From: Octopus sinensis
Lineage: Eukaryota
Assembly (NCBI RefSeq): GCF_006345805.1
Contig: NC_043006.1
Coordinates: forward strand, 33,046,001-33,110,000
Direction: 5' to 3'
DNA length: 64,000 nt
The notes beneath the pieces were generated by a model. That model ran no database searches and was not told the DNA's origin. It was given only the letters and a program-made list of their open reading frames with translations. Both the position numbers and the translations under genes were made by a program. Each line of letters begins with the position of its first letter. Within the stretch, counting starts at the first letter, position 1. Shown here piece after piece: positions 39,527-53,665 of this stretch.

Positions 39527-39603
<77 letters not shown>

Positions 39604-39873
39604 GTATGTTGTATGTATGTATGTATGTATGTATGTATGTATGTAGTATGTATGTATGTGTGTATGTATATAATTGCAGCGTGGAATGTGATTATAAGCC
39701 ATTTAAAAACGCACAAAAACCGTTAGATTCACTTCAACATTTAAATTTAATTTGCCAAAATATTTGCGTCGCTTTGAATTGTGTCGCGGTCTCAAAACGA
39801 CGAAAATATTAAAATTAGAATTAAATGTTGAATTAAATTAAAATTAAATGTCGAAGTGAATCTAACGGGTTTT

Positions 39874-39956
<83 letters not shown>

Positions 39957-40269
39957 AAATGGCTTATAAACACATTCCATGCTGCAATTGTTTTCGTTCC
40001 AGCACACGATCTCAGATCAGGCCACTTGCTATGCAAGTACATGTGTCTCTCTTTCTCTTTCTTTATATACATATATATATAATACACACACAAGCACACA
40101 CACACACGCACAAACACATATATATGCGAATATTTGTATGTGTACCGTTTTTCATCTTTTATAATTTTTGCTTGTTTTGACTGTTAGTCCTTGATCTCCT
40201 GGTTGCGTGTGTTACAAAAGTACATGTGCGCTTTTTGCATGTATGCGTGCTCGTATATAAGTGAACGTG

Positions 40270-40357
40270 TTCTTGTATGCATGATATTCTTGTATGCATG
40301 ATATTCTTGTATGCATAGATATTCTTGTATGCATATTCTTGTATGCATTGATATTCA
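40270..40357. repeat. Minisatellite, ~17-bp unit ttcttgtatgcatgata x5
   Basis: Read directly. Confidence 0.85.
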
Positions 40358-41154
40358 TCTTAAAGAACATTAAACTTCGTGAATAAATATTTAATAGTAT
40401 CTGATAGAGTTCAGAAATTCATATATATATATTATTGCAGATGTTATATATTTATTGCTAGCTGATAGAACTGATAAATTAGATGTATTTATATTACTGT
40501 TATATATTCATTCTATAGCTAATAGAGTTAATAATTCATGTACGATAATTCCAACACTTCATTGGCTAAACATGTTCTTCACTAATGCTTAATGATTACC
40601 ATTTGCAAATGTATGACTCCCTTAAGGCTTAAATCATAAAAAATGTAGGTGACGCTAGTAAGGTTTTGTTGTAATTATTGTATATTTTATTTCCAATAAT
40701 TAATTCTGCAAAGTGTAACTAAACCACGATTCCACTCACTTGTGCATAATCAATTCCAATGAAATTCCTCCCACAAATGTGTTGCTCTGTTTTCTGTTCT
40801 GTTTTGTTTTTGTGTTTTTTTTATCTAGAGAACACACGTAGATTATCAAGACTTTCAAAAGAATTGCCTCGAAGGCTTGATGTCACAGTGCCGTCAAACA
40901 TGAGAGAAAATAGAAATCTAGTGTAACGCCTAGAGGTAGCGGGGGCGTGGGGTGGTGTATGGGGGGTGTTTCCATTAACACAAGCTCGCTTTACGTAACG
41001 CTGTGGGCGGGAAGCCATTTTGGGTATTTTGGACGTCTTGATTCCTGTCCAGAATTTATTACAAGGCTTTTCTTCAGTAAGGCAAAATATAATACAAATA
41101 TCGCTGCCACTACTGCAGCTGTGCTGCTACTACTACTGATACTACTACTACTAT

Positions 41155-41265
<111 letters not shown>

Positions 41266-41309
41266 TAATAACAATAATAACAATAATAATAATAATAATA
41301 ATAATAAAA

Positions 41310-41361
<52 letters not shown>

Positions 41362-41364
<3 letters not shown>

Positions 41365-41775
41365 GATAGAGAATAGGAAGCCGGGCATAGTCTTAAGAAA
41401 GAAAACAAACTATGTTGGATCATAGATATAGCATGCCCAGCTGACAATAAAGTATGCGATAATGAAGAAAGAAAAGTCGAGAGATATGACAGGTTAGCTT
41501 GGGAAGTTAAGTAGTTTTGTTCGATGGAAAAGCTGGTAGTAGTTCCATTAATTGCCGGAGCCCTGGGAACAGTGGGCAAAAATCTGGAGAAGTATGTTGA
41601 ACAAGTAGGGGCTGCAATAAGGGTGGAGCACTTGCAGAAAACAGCACTGCATAGAACCGTTGGAATACTCCGGAAGGTACTCGAAAAATAAGAGGTGTTA
41701 CCTTAGTTCACTGGTAGTAAAACGGCTGACACTGAAGTACATCTCCAGCGTTAGAAGCTGTGCAAAGTCAATAAT
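41362..41775 (+). mobile_element. Degraded R4/Dong-type RLE endonuclease C-terminus and 3' UTR
   Basis: Approximate reading across a small indel: NRKPGIV..KENKLCWIIDIACPADN..ERYDRLAWEVK*..VVVPLIAGALGTV..LQKTAL..GILRKVLEK*. Between (ATG)n/(TAA)n and (CAA)n(TAA)n. Confidence 0.8.
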
Positions 41776-41776
41776 G

Positions 41777-41809
<33 letters not shown>

Positions 41810-41859
41810 TAATAATAATAATAATAATAATAATAATATAATAATAATAATAATTCTTT

Positions 41860-42250
41860 CTACTATAAGCACAAGGCCTGAAGTTTTTAGTGGAGAGGAC
41901 AGTCAATTACATCGACACCAGTACGCATCTGGTACTTAAGTTATCGAGCCCGAAAGGACGAAAGGCAAAGTCGACCTCACTTGAATTTGAACGTATCGAC
42001 GGGCTAAATACCTATTTCTTTATTACCCATAAGGGGCTAAACATAGAGGGGACAAACAAGGACAGACATAGGTATTAAGTCGATTACATCGACCCCAGTG
42101 CGTAACTGGTACTTAATTTATCGACCCCAAAAGGATGAAAGGATGAAAGGCAAAGTCGACCTCGGCGGAATTTGAACTCACAACGTAACGGCAGACGAAA
42201 TACCGCTAAGCATTTCGCCCGGCGTGCTAACGTCTCTGCCAGCTCGCCGC
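41860..42250 (-). mobile_element. SINE family B, dimeric form
   Basis: Reverse complement of the 28820-29215 dimer architecture. Confidence 0.9.
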
Positions 42251-42279
42251 CTTAATAATGATAATAATATAGGGACTAC

Positions 42280-42610
42280 ACAATCAATTACATGTTGCCA
42301 CAACAGAAGTTGCTGGAAAAAATGATGGGATTGGCTGATGAAAGGAACCCTAAAAAAAAGACCGAGAGCACTATACTGAAGGATCAAGCTGAGGAATAAG
42401 CAAGTGTCTCCGCTGTGTCGCATCTTCAATAGAGTTGATGAAACCATTGGCCATATCACGAACGAATGCCCCAGACTTGCCCAAAACCACCACAAGTTAT
42501 GATGACACGACCAGGTAGCGAAAGTGCTACACTGGAATCTGTGCGAAGAATGGGGGCTAGAGAGAGACAAGAAGTGATATGAGCATGAACCGCAGGGAGA
42601 AATGGAAGGT
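42280..42610 (+). mobile_element. Degraded R4/Dong-type zinc-knuckle region
   Basis: SPLCRIFNRVDETIGHITNECPRLAQNHHKL*, HDQVAKVLHWNLCEEWGL, equivalent to CRFC..ETVDHLISGC..RHDRV..LHW in the 1.3-2.9 kb copy. Confidence 0.75.
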
Positions 42611-42764
42611 AAACAGTTGAATACAGGATTGAATGTAGTACGGCTGATGCATCGTTTTCTCTCCAAAATCATTGTCTGTAAAGACAAAGCGTTTTTACAT
42701 CTGTATTTAGCATTTACGGTTGGCTAAAACATATAGTCTGAAATGTGCGTATGCATGCTTCTGT

Positions 42765-42824
<60 letters not shown>

Positions 42825-43774
42825 TGTGTGTATGTGTGTGTGTGTATGTGTGTGTGTGTGTGTGTGTGCACTCTTTAAGATTTATTTTTAAATTCTTCTT
42901 CATCTTCATGGTGTTCAGACAGTCGTTAAAAAAGAATTGTTTTAATCAGAACAGGTCCATGGGTTTGTAAATGCCCGGTTAAGTTAGTCTATGTGTATAT
43001 ATATATATTATATATATATATATATATACGTAGGTTTGTGCATCAGCAATTACGGTATGTGTGAATAATGGATCTTAAATATTTGGGTGTTTGTGTGTGT
43101 ATATGGATGTGTGTGTGCGTGTGTGTGTGTGTGTGTGTGTATGTGTGCGCGCGTGTGCGCGCGCGTATGTGTCTCTATACCTTTTTACGCATGTGCTTTC
43201 TGTATGCACACAACCAAATGTGTGTGTATATTCAGTTAAAGAATGTAAGATGGAGAATGTTTAGAATGTCATTTAAATTTTTATACGTACTTGCATATAT
43301 ATTACATATATGTATACATATACATATATATGTACATATACATATATATGTACATATACATATATATACACACACACACAAGTACATATGTATATATTTG
43401 TACCTATATATATATATGTATATATGTATATTTATCTGTGTGTTTGTGTGTGTGTGATTGCGTATTTGTATGGTGTGGTGTGGTGTGTGTGTGTGTGTCT
43501 GTGTGTGCGTCCAGCTAAGTGACATAATTACCTCAGAATAAGTGCTTAGGAATCCTAGAGGATAGAAATGCTTTTAACTTCATTAAAATGCTACAAGTGC
43601 TGAATTTTCGAAACCAAATTTCCCTGAAGCGCCTTTAAAACTTCTAGTAACTGCCGTAATAAATACAACAAAATCTCAGTATCATTTCTCTAGGAAAATC
43701 GATTGAAACTAAGTTTGTTTACAGCTCTCTTCATTTGCATTCAGATTTATTCGTTTAGCCGTGTTTAGCTAACG

Positions 43775-43844
43775 TGACGTAACAACACCTAGATTGACTG
43801 CAATCTAGAGAAATCCACAGATAAAAGCCACCAGCCGCCATCTT
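43775..43844 (-). promoter_or_regulatory. Possible promoter-like island: CRE-like TGACGTAA and YY1-type AAGATGGCGGC
   Basis: tgacgtaa at 43775-43782 and gccgccatctt at 43834-43844 in non-repetitive, CpG-richer sequence. Motif presence only. Confidence 0.3.
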
Positions 43845-43999
43845 ATCATTCCGTAGTTTCCAGTACTAGCGACACAATACTGTCGCCTTCATCATCATCA
43901 TCATCATCATCATCGGCAACAGCAGCAGTATCAGTAGCAGTATCATTACTTCACCGGCGTCGTCGTCATCGTTATCACTATCATTACCTTAATCACCAT

Positions 44000-44046
<47 letters not shown>

Positions 44047-45094
44047 CTTATTATCCTTATCCTCATTATCATTATGACGCCCTCACAACCACAGCCGTTT
44101 AGATATCATTCTCAGCAACATCGCTGACATCGCCACAGCACGGAATAACAACAGCAACAGCAACAACAACATTTGTTGCTGTTGTAGCTGCAAGAATAGC
44201 TTCATTGTAATTACGAATTACTTTGCAAACGCTTCCTTCGATCAACGCCAAATATAGTAAAAAGATTAAGTTATCAGTGGCATCACCATCATCATAATTT
44301 TTTATTCATAAACATCACCATCGTCGTCGTCGTCAGCATCAGCGTCTTCATCATCATCATCGCTACCATTATCATCATTCTTGTCATGATTGTCATTATA
44401 CTTCTCCTCCTTATCATCATCATCAGCGCCATCACGTTCATCACTTTCCATCGCTATTCCCATGACGTTTATAGAGTTTGTCGCAGGTCATTAAATGAAC
44501 CGCTGTGACTTTTCGGTGTGCTACCAACAACGCCTTTAATATTAGATTTGCTCGATCAGGGCTGACCTGCAATTCAACAACAACATCATTTTCAATTCTC
44601 ATTATCACCACCACCATAAGCGAGACCAATACCATCATTATAATCATCATTACAATCAAGAATATAATGAGCGTTATTAGGTAGAATCTTTATCATGAAA
44701 ATCTCTAATTCATCCCCAACACTACTAACTCACTAACACTAAAAACAGCATCACGTTCAACAATATCATCCCCGTTAATAATACCAAGAACACTAATTAC
44801 TTACAAATTATTTACCGTTTAAAATTTACTGCTTTAATTATTAGAATCATTATTAGAATACAGCAACAACAAAAGTTCCAATGACCTCAAAATTTACAGC
44901 AGTGAAGCAATTAATTTTGACTAAATGCTGTAACAAATGTTAGAGCAGATTTCCTGTTGATATACATATCGACTGAATATTGAATACTTGACTAATTAGC
45001 AATAACCATTCAATAAGTATTGATTTAATTTCAAGAAGCAGATGACAGAAAGATTAGATTTCAATATGGCTTCTCGTTTCAAACAGCAGACGAC

Positions 45095-45143
<49 letters not shown>

Positions 45144-45534
45144 AGTTTCAAAACAGCTTTTCATTTGAAACAGCAGACAATAGACAAGATTTGAATTGAG
45201 AGAAGTTTTATGAAGGCAGAATACGGAGTAATAAGGGAGTTGGAATTTTAGAGTTTGTAAGAAAATATAATGTTTGAGAAAGAAATATAGGATCAAAATT
45301 TATATAAAGTGGAAATAGCTTTTCAGATGCTGATCAGATCCATTTTATAGCAGATAGATGCATTTTCTAAAAATAACAACCGTTACACTATGAAAAAAAT
45401 ATAGATAAAAATACCAATGTAAATAATAAAAGTTGCAATGAAAATTGCATAATATGAAAAAAGACAAAATACCATGAACTTGAAGAATTTAAAATTTTAC
45501 AATATTGAAAGTTACACGGTTTATCTATTTATCT

Positions 45535-45576
<42 letters not shown>

Positions 45577-45923
45577 GTCTGCATATATATATATGCATAC
45601 TCAGAGAAATATATATAATATATATATATATATATATTTAAGAGAGATAGAGAGAGACTGAGAGGGAAAGGAGATGCACAAAGTAGCAAAAGTCAGCGTA
45701 AATAAAACAAGGCTGGAACAGAATAGAAAAAATTGTGTAATTGACAACAAAAACAAGAAACGGGAAATTTTAGAAGAGTATAAATTGTTTAAAACAAGAA
45801 AATAACACGTTTTAGAACTATACACAGGTGTATAGATTTCTTCCACACTTCTCCTTCACTCTCTCTCTCTCTCTTTTTCTTTCTATATATACACACGCAT
45901 ACACTTATACATTTATAAGTATA

Positions 45924-45961
<38 letters not shown>

Positions 45962-46458
45962 AATATGTGTGTTTGTGTGCATGCACATATATATAAATGT
46001 GTGCATACATTCTATAGCCACATGCGCGCACACGCATATATATGCATCTGCATATACACACATATATATATGCACCTGTGTATGCAACGTATATATGTGT
46101 TGGCACGCATGTAATATCCATATGTCTATAGACGCTCTTGAATGCGGCTTGTGTGCATGTGTATATATGTGTGTATGTTTATGTATATCTCTGAGTACAT
46201 GTCTGTGCGTGCGCGGGCGCGGGCGCGTGTGTGTGTGTCACATGGCATTGAAAAAATTACAGTATATCACATTTCTACCATAAATTTACGATATCATGTT
46301 TCAGATAGCGTCCATATAATTTGTTCGTTCTCTGGTTTTTTGTTGTTTTTTTTTTGTTAAGTTCTAGTTTTATCTCTGAACAATATTTTGTTTCAATTAT
46401 TTCTTTCGATTTCACCTTTAAAAGAAATCGAGAAAATTGTGTTGTAAAAGCATTGTCC

Positions 46459-46531
<73 letters not shown>

Positions 46532-46839
46532 ATTTACCTTGTTTGTATAAAATTTGTGGTTATGCCACAAGGAAGGCAGAATCATGTTTATCTGTATATA
46601 CTGCTGGCAAAAATAAAACTGAATAGATACCATTACACAGACACAAAAATTGATCTTTGCCAACTGATAATCAGTTTAATTGCATTCAGCCTCCTAAAAA
46701 CATCCAGGAAACAATTTTCAAATATTTGTGTGCCTGCATAAGGCATGGATTATAACAGGCTTTTGCGTTATAAACAATATACACACTTTTTCAAACAACA
46801 CACACCTCAAACATATATATATATATCTTTTTTTCTCTC

Positions 46840-47169
46840 TTTTACTCTTTTACTTGTTTCAGTCATTTATGTATATCTCATTTATGAGATATATATGCTG
46901 GAGCACCGCCTTTTAATCGAGCAACTCGACCCCGGGACTTATTCTTTGTAAGCCCAGTACTTATTCTATCGGACAAACACAAACATACACGCACACACAT
47001 ATATACATATATATACATATATACAACAGGTACCAAATCCACTCACAAGGCTTTGGTCGGCCCGAGGCTATAGCAGAAGACACTTGCTCAAGGTGCCACG
47101 TAGTGGGACTGAACCCGGAACCATGTGGCTGGTAAACAAGCTACTTACCACACAGCCACTCCTGCGCCT
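46840..47169 (-). mobile_element. SINE family A, internally deleted
   Basis: Reverse-complement head at 47040-47169 and tail at 46840-46970. Confidence 0.85.
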
Positions 47170-47394
47170 ACATATATATATATATATATATAGTAAAAAG
47201 ACTAAGTAGCATCACGATCGCCATCATTTTGTTATTCATAAACATCAACGTCGTCGTCGTCAGTATCAGCGTCTTCATCATCATCATCGCTACCATTATC
47301 ATCATTCTTCTTATCATTGCCATATATATTTATATATATAATATTATATATATATATATAATATATAATATTATATATTATATATAATATACAT

Positions 47395-47960
47395 TCTTTT
47401 ATATGTTTCAGCCCCAAAGCTGTGGCCATGTACCCACCAATGTAATTATCTTTTAATTGACCAATAGTATGTGTTCGGCTTTTGGTGAAGGAGCGAGTTC
47501 GACACTGCTGCCCTCTTTTGACTTTCCTTCCTTGATAGTGGTTCATCTAGGTCTTGGATAGAAAGAGAACAAGCTATTTCTTGAAAACATCTAGCTCCAC
47601 TCCATAGGAATTCCTCAGATGTTTTGGCAAGGCATTAAATAGCTGTGGGTCCGTAAATCCCAACTTATTGTAGTACATGCTCCTCACCTTAGATGGGACA
47701 CCTGAGAATTTTGGAACAATACAAAGACGTCCTCTTCAAGGTCTGGTATAACTCTCAATTCCAAAATTTGGGGCCAGCCTCTCCTTTATCTTCCAGACAT
47801 ATATCACTGCATACCTCTCCTGTCTTCGCTCCAGATAGTAGAGTCGTAGCTCTTTCAGTCCCTCCCAGTAGTTCAGCTGGTCCATTGGTGCAATCTTGCA
47901 TGTGTAACATCGCTGAACCGCCTCAAGCTCCGCTATTAATCCGACACTATAAATACGTAA
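47395..47960 (-). mobile_element. Degraded CR1/L2-type LINE 3' end
   Basis: Minus frame [38 protein letters not shown], followed by a 3' end catggccacagctttggggctgaaacatataaaagaat. Confidence 0.75.
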
Positions 47961-48070
47961 ATGAATGTATATGTATATATGTAAAATATACATACATATG
48001 TATGTATTGTATATATATATATATTATATATATATATATATTATATATATATATCTATATATATATATAT

Positions 48071-48304
48071 ATAAATGAATATATATGCTTCAACACACGG
48101 GCTCACATAAAGAATCTTACAAATCAAAACCAAAAACGAAATATATATATATATATATATATCACACACATATATATACATATATTATACCTATATATAT
48201 GCATTATATATATACATTTATATACATATATACACCTATATATATGCATATATATAGGTGTATATATGTATATAAATGCATATATATATATGCATATATA
48301 TAGG

Positions 48305-48387
<83 letters not shown>

Positions 48388-48462
48388 AATATATATATTT
48401 CGTTTTTGGCTTTGGTTTGTAAGATTCTTTATGTGAGCCCGTGTGTTGAAGCATATATATTC

Positions 48463-48468
<6 letters not shown>
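48071..48468. repeat. Inverted repeat, ~70 bp arms around a TA-rich spacer
   Basis: 48071-48141 pairs with 48398-48468; two transitions between arms. Confidence 0.9.
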
Positions 48469-48511
<43 letters not shown>

Positions 48512-48544
48512 CGTATGTATATCTTTACATATATACATATACAT

Positions 48545-48599
<55 letters not shown>

Positions 48600-51500
48600 T
48601 ATATATATATATATATATATAACCTAATATATGCATATATACATATATCAGGTTCTACCAATGGTGCGTATCTCTCTACGTGTATCTATCCACGCTGAAA
48701 ACCGATTAAAATGCCTTAAGTTCTTATAGCAGACTAGCATTCCAGTTCTTATCTTCCCAAAGAATACAGTGTTAAATTTGTGAATCCCAGAATTTTTTGC
48801 CGTGTTTTAGACATTTGGAAAGTTGAATGTTTACCTCATCATCAACAGATTTATGGATTCATGTGTATTTCTTGCTCTTATGGAAATTAACAAATAATAA
48901 TTACTGGAAGTTTGTGAAATAAATACAAGGACAAAGAAACTGTTTGGTTGGTATTTTGTTTCGAAAAATGCATAGCCCCAGAGACAGGTATCGTGCTGTC
49001 TGTTGGTATGGTTAAGATGGTTTAGAGATCTTTGTAAGCTTTTCAATGGCGACAACCAGGGCTGCAGACATATATAGCTTTCTCTGATCCAGTTTGTCGA
49101 CCAAAATGTTTCCGTTGAGTGTTTGTCTTACTACAAACAAAACAGCGTTGTTATTTATAAGTTCGTTGCATTCCAAAAACCTCTTTTCAATTTTCTTTCC
49201 TTTAGTCAATATCTCTTTGTATTTGCAACAGTATTGTAAACATCTGTTGCTTTCTGCCTGTATAACACTTACATATCGTGTTTAAACAAGAAATAAGCCT
49301 AAAGTTTTTCGGTATAATAATCTATAGTATTTCCTTTATAGTTACATTTTTCTGTGCAATGGCAAACAAGTTTGCCAACTCAATTTCGCTTTCTGTAACT
49401 TGTATAAATATATAGATGAATGGTCTTCTGTTAGTGTCAATATCTTTTACTAATATTGATAGGTCTGTCCCAGGAGCTATCCGTTTATAATAACTTTCTC
49501 ACAGGTTTACTGGAAGTTAAGCAGTTTTTATCATATGTGTTATTGTTGATGTCAGTATATATAGTTTTCCAGAATATTCGTTTATGATGCATTGTAGTTC
49601 GAATACCTTTTTAATTCTAGCTTTTACACCAAAATGATTCGCAAATTTTCTAAGAGCATTTTACTCGCGTTTCTTCTCAGTCTTCAATAAACAGCGTCTT
49701 GATTAGAGGTAAAATTCTGATTAATTATGGTTTCTGATACAGTGCTATGGCTAATTTTGATAATGAAGTTTCTTATTCAATGTCTTGGTAACGCATTTTC
49801 TCATAGATTTACTGAGGTTGGATTTCAAACGTACATCATATTTTGAAGTAACTGAAAATGCAACCGACTTATTCACTTTAGACTTAAACATGGCATCTTT
49901 ATGCCTTATATTGCAGCGCAAATAGTTACACGTTCTTCATTTTGTTTATGTGTTTTTGTCACCTGGATGGATGAGGTCAGCTAACATCTCACATACATTA
50001 TTGACATTTGTTAGGCGTTGCTTCAGAGTAAGAACAGCCATATTCAGATATGAACTGATTGTTCAATAATTGATACTGCCATATATTCATATAATATTTA
50101 ACAAAATTGTCTATATTTAATATGAAAGGCGTTAGTTTCTTTCACATAGAAAACGACTTCATAGAGAACCTGGAAACTTCCAACACAAACTACAGTGTTA
50201 AATTGATTTTAAATTAATGTATATGTGTTAATTGACCCGATCTGTGATTATGTGGTGATGACGTCAGCATATTCTTTATATTTCTGACAGTCTTCCATAA
50301 TGGCTTTCCGCTAACATTTTTTTCTTTAAGTTGGCTGATATTATAATAGCTGAAATAACAGGCGCAATTCTTTACAAGTTTTCTCTCAACGAATTATGTG
50401 CGTATATGTATGTATGCATGCATTATGTATGTAAGTTTATATGTATGTTTGCATGCATGTTTGTACGTAAGAATGTATGTATGGATATCTGTTTGTATGT
50501 ATGTATGTATGTATGTATGTATGTATGTATGTATGTATGTATGTATGTATGTATGTATGTATGTATACAGAGCTAAACGAGAATATTAATGATATAGATA
50601 TCCTTGACACTGCCCTCCGATATTGATCAGAGCATTATTTTATATTCTTTGTTATATTTCCTTTAATCGTTTTATTTCAGACAGCTGACGACATCGAAAT
50701 TACTTATGTTGTATCAATAGCCATTGTCATAGGTTGGTGGCTACCATCAGAATCAGAATCAAATTCTCGCTATGCTCTTTGAAAGCTTAGGGAATGCTGA
50801 AAATTGTATTTAAAAATATGAAGTATTAGCAAATCTCACCAGCTTATTGGTGATCCATATGGAAGTTTTATTTTTGCCAACATATAAGGAATATGCCGAG
50901 TGAAATGGAAGCATTTGTGTATCAAACCTGTGAGATCTTCAAAACCTAACGAACACCAGAGAAAGGGGAGAAATACTTATTAGTTTGAAGATCGTGCGAC
51001 AGTGCACATGTGACTAATGAATCATTCACATTATCGATAGATTCACATTAGAGATTAAACAAAAAAAGAAAACAAAGATAACTTTGTTGCTATTATGATA
51101 TTCAACCATGTTTAAGCAAATATTCAACCAAATAACTTATCGAAAAAAATACATTCCATGAAGGGAAATTAGATTTTTCAAGATGCTCATTCCATATAAG
51201 CTTGGTGACTTAGACATTAGTGATCGATGAGAAATATATTGATCAATCAACGAGAGCAAAAGAAGAAGAAAAACAATCTAGCTAAGCTTCAAGAAAGATA
51301 AGTGATTTTCTGTTGTTTTGAAAAACTGCTGCAGCTTACTAAGTGTGGAATAATATTTGTGAACAGCGCCAGGTTCACACGTCCATGTTTATTAATACAT
51401 TGCGTAAGCAATTAGATTTGTGCGTTAAGTCTTAAACTAACAGTTTTCATGACAGTCAATGAATCGGTTGCAATGGCTGAGGCAGAAGTTTGGAAAATCT

Positions 51501-53095
51501 GGAGGAGACGGAAAATAAACTCCAGCAATTTTCTCATACAAATATACTGCAAAACACGTGCGCACGAAAACTTAATTTACTATAAAAAATCGTTTCGGTA
51601 ACGTTGCTATGTAATAAAATATATTGTTTTAATTACTTGATATTTTCTCTATCAAAAAGTAATTATTAGTGGAAATATAACAGTCATGTACGATGTTTTT
51701 TTTCATTTTTTATTCATATATCATGAGAGAAAATTAAATTCCTCACCCGATAAAATATGTAGGAGTTGTTGGTTGTGCTTTAACTGTAAATTAGCTCTGA
51801 TTCAGCTGACCGATGGCCAAAGTTTATGAAAACCTTGCCAGATCTTCTTTTGCTTTATAAATAACATCCGATATTTTTGTAAGAAGATTAAGGAAAGTTC
51901 TGCTACATGCCTTTCCTACGAGAATTAGCCATATATGTGACAAACATGCATTTTTCTGTTTCTTAAAATTAGCTCAAAATTGATCTACATAGATCAAAAT
52001 AAGTCTACGTATCAAGGCGGTGCCCCAGCATGGCCGCAGTCAAATGACTTAAACAAGTAAAAGAGTTGGTCAAAGGCAGTGTGTGTGTGTGTGTGTGCGT
52101 GTGTGCGTGTGTGTGTGCATGTGTGCATGTGTGCGTGTGTGTGTGTGTTTGTGTATATGCTACAAATGGATGTCACTTGACACTAATCTCTACTAAGCAG
52201 CTTAAACCCAAGCCTGTTAATTTTAAACGTACCATTTTCATCTCAATGTCTACTTTACAGAATGTTTCATTTTTTTACTATGCATTAATCCGAAGGTGAT
52301 TTATGAATTCAGATAATATTACGTTTCCCTTTTCATATAATCTCAAGGAGAGAGCTTCTAACGAGTTATTAGAACTTCTAGATATATCAACCAATCAGGA
52401 TTTTAGGAACAAGAGCTACACCTGGTCAGATTCTTAGATTTCAACTTCCTAAGTGTAAAATTGACCGGGGGATAAGAATTGGTTATAATAAATATAAAGC
52501 TGGAATGAGTAAAAACAAGCGACGGAAAATGGAGAAACAGTTATACACTGCGGTAACTTATTTATGTGACATGTTACACATAAATATTCATATGACAATA
52601 TGATACTACTTTACAGCTGTTTCAAAAGTTCGGTGACGCTTTATTGTATGTAAAGAATTATCATTTAGTGATATGAATTTGCATATGTAACACCTCATGT
52701 AAACGAATTACTATCATCTATAATTGTTTATCTTTCGTCACTTGGTATATGTGTGTGCGTGTGTGAGTGAGTTTGTGTGTGTGTGTGTGTGTGTGTGTGC
52801 GGCGCGCGTGTGTGTGTGTGTGCGTGAATATCATCACATTAGTACAGAACATGGTGGAGAAAATAGATAGTACTTGAATATCAAAGTGTGCAATATAATG
52901 CTTTATGGAAGCTTAAGAACTTCACACAGCTATTTAGTGTTTCATGTAACTGATCATCAGACAAAAATAAACTTTTAATAATGCATTAATATATATTCGT
53001 TTAAATTGTTCTATTATTTTAAATGTTTACTTCAATTTGATTCTGTTACATGAAGTATGAGAAGCAACTTGCAGTGTTATTAAGTTTTAATAAAT

Positions 53096-53136
<41 letters not shown>

Positions 53137-53169
53137 TCTAATAATTAAAAAACGAAATTCGTGCTAATG

Positions 53170-53380
53170 CGACAAGCTGGCGGAATCGTTACCGCACCAG
53201 ACAAAATGCTGCTAAGCATTTTGTCCGTCCTTACTTTCTGAGTTCAAATGCCACCGAGTTCGACTTTGCCTTACATGCTTTCGGATTTGATAAAATAAGT
53301 ACCAATCGCGAACTAGGATCGATGTAATCGACTTGGCCCACTTTCACGAAATTGCTGGCTCTATGCCAAAATTTGAAACC
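53170..53380 (+). mobile_element. SINE family B
   Basis: gctggcggaatcgtt..ttctgagttcaaat..tcgactttgcc..aagtacc. Confidence 0.75.
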
Positions 53381-53665
53381 AATATGATTTTAAAAGTTTA
53401 GTAAAAAGAAGCGGAAATCTTAATACCAAACTTAGCCAACAATCCAACCAGTTCCGACAAACATACAATTTACTTTTTCTTAAAAATTCTGAATATTCTA
53501 ATGTGACTTTATTTAATATGAATTATGTCATAATTATTCATAGAAGTTTTCATTAAAGAGCAAATTCAGAAATTTGGTTTGAATTACGTGATTCTTCATT
53601 TATTGCATTATCAAATTTTAATGGAATCATAAAGGCATGGAAATTGATTTCTTCGTTTAGTTGGC

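Noticed and set aside
49300-50000. Possible decayed retroelement ORF on the minus strand
   Set aside because: Multiple stops and no diagnostic motif.
50681-50782. Good acceptor (tttatttcag) followed by TADDIEITYVVSIAIVIGWWLP, resembling class B TM4 IGWxxP
   Set aside because: Lies downstream of TM7, has a weak donor, stops soon after and lacks the TM3 motif; probably chance, though RNA-seq could test it.
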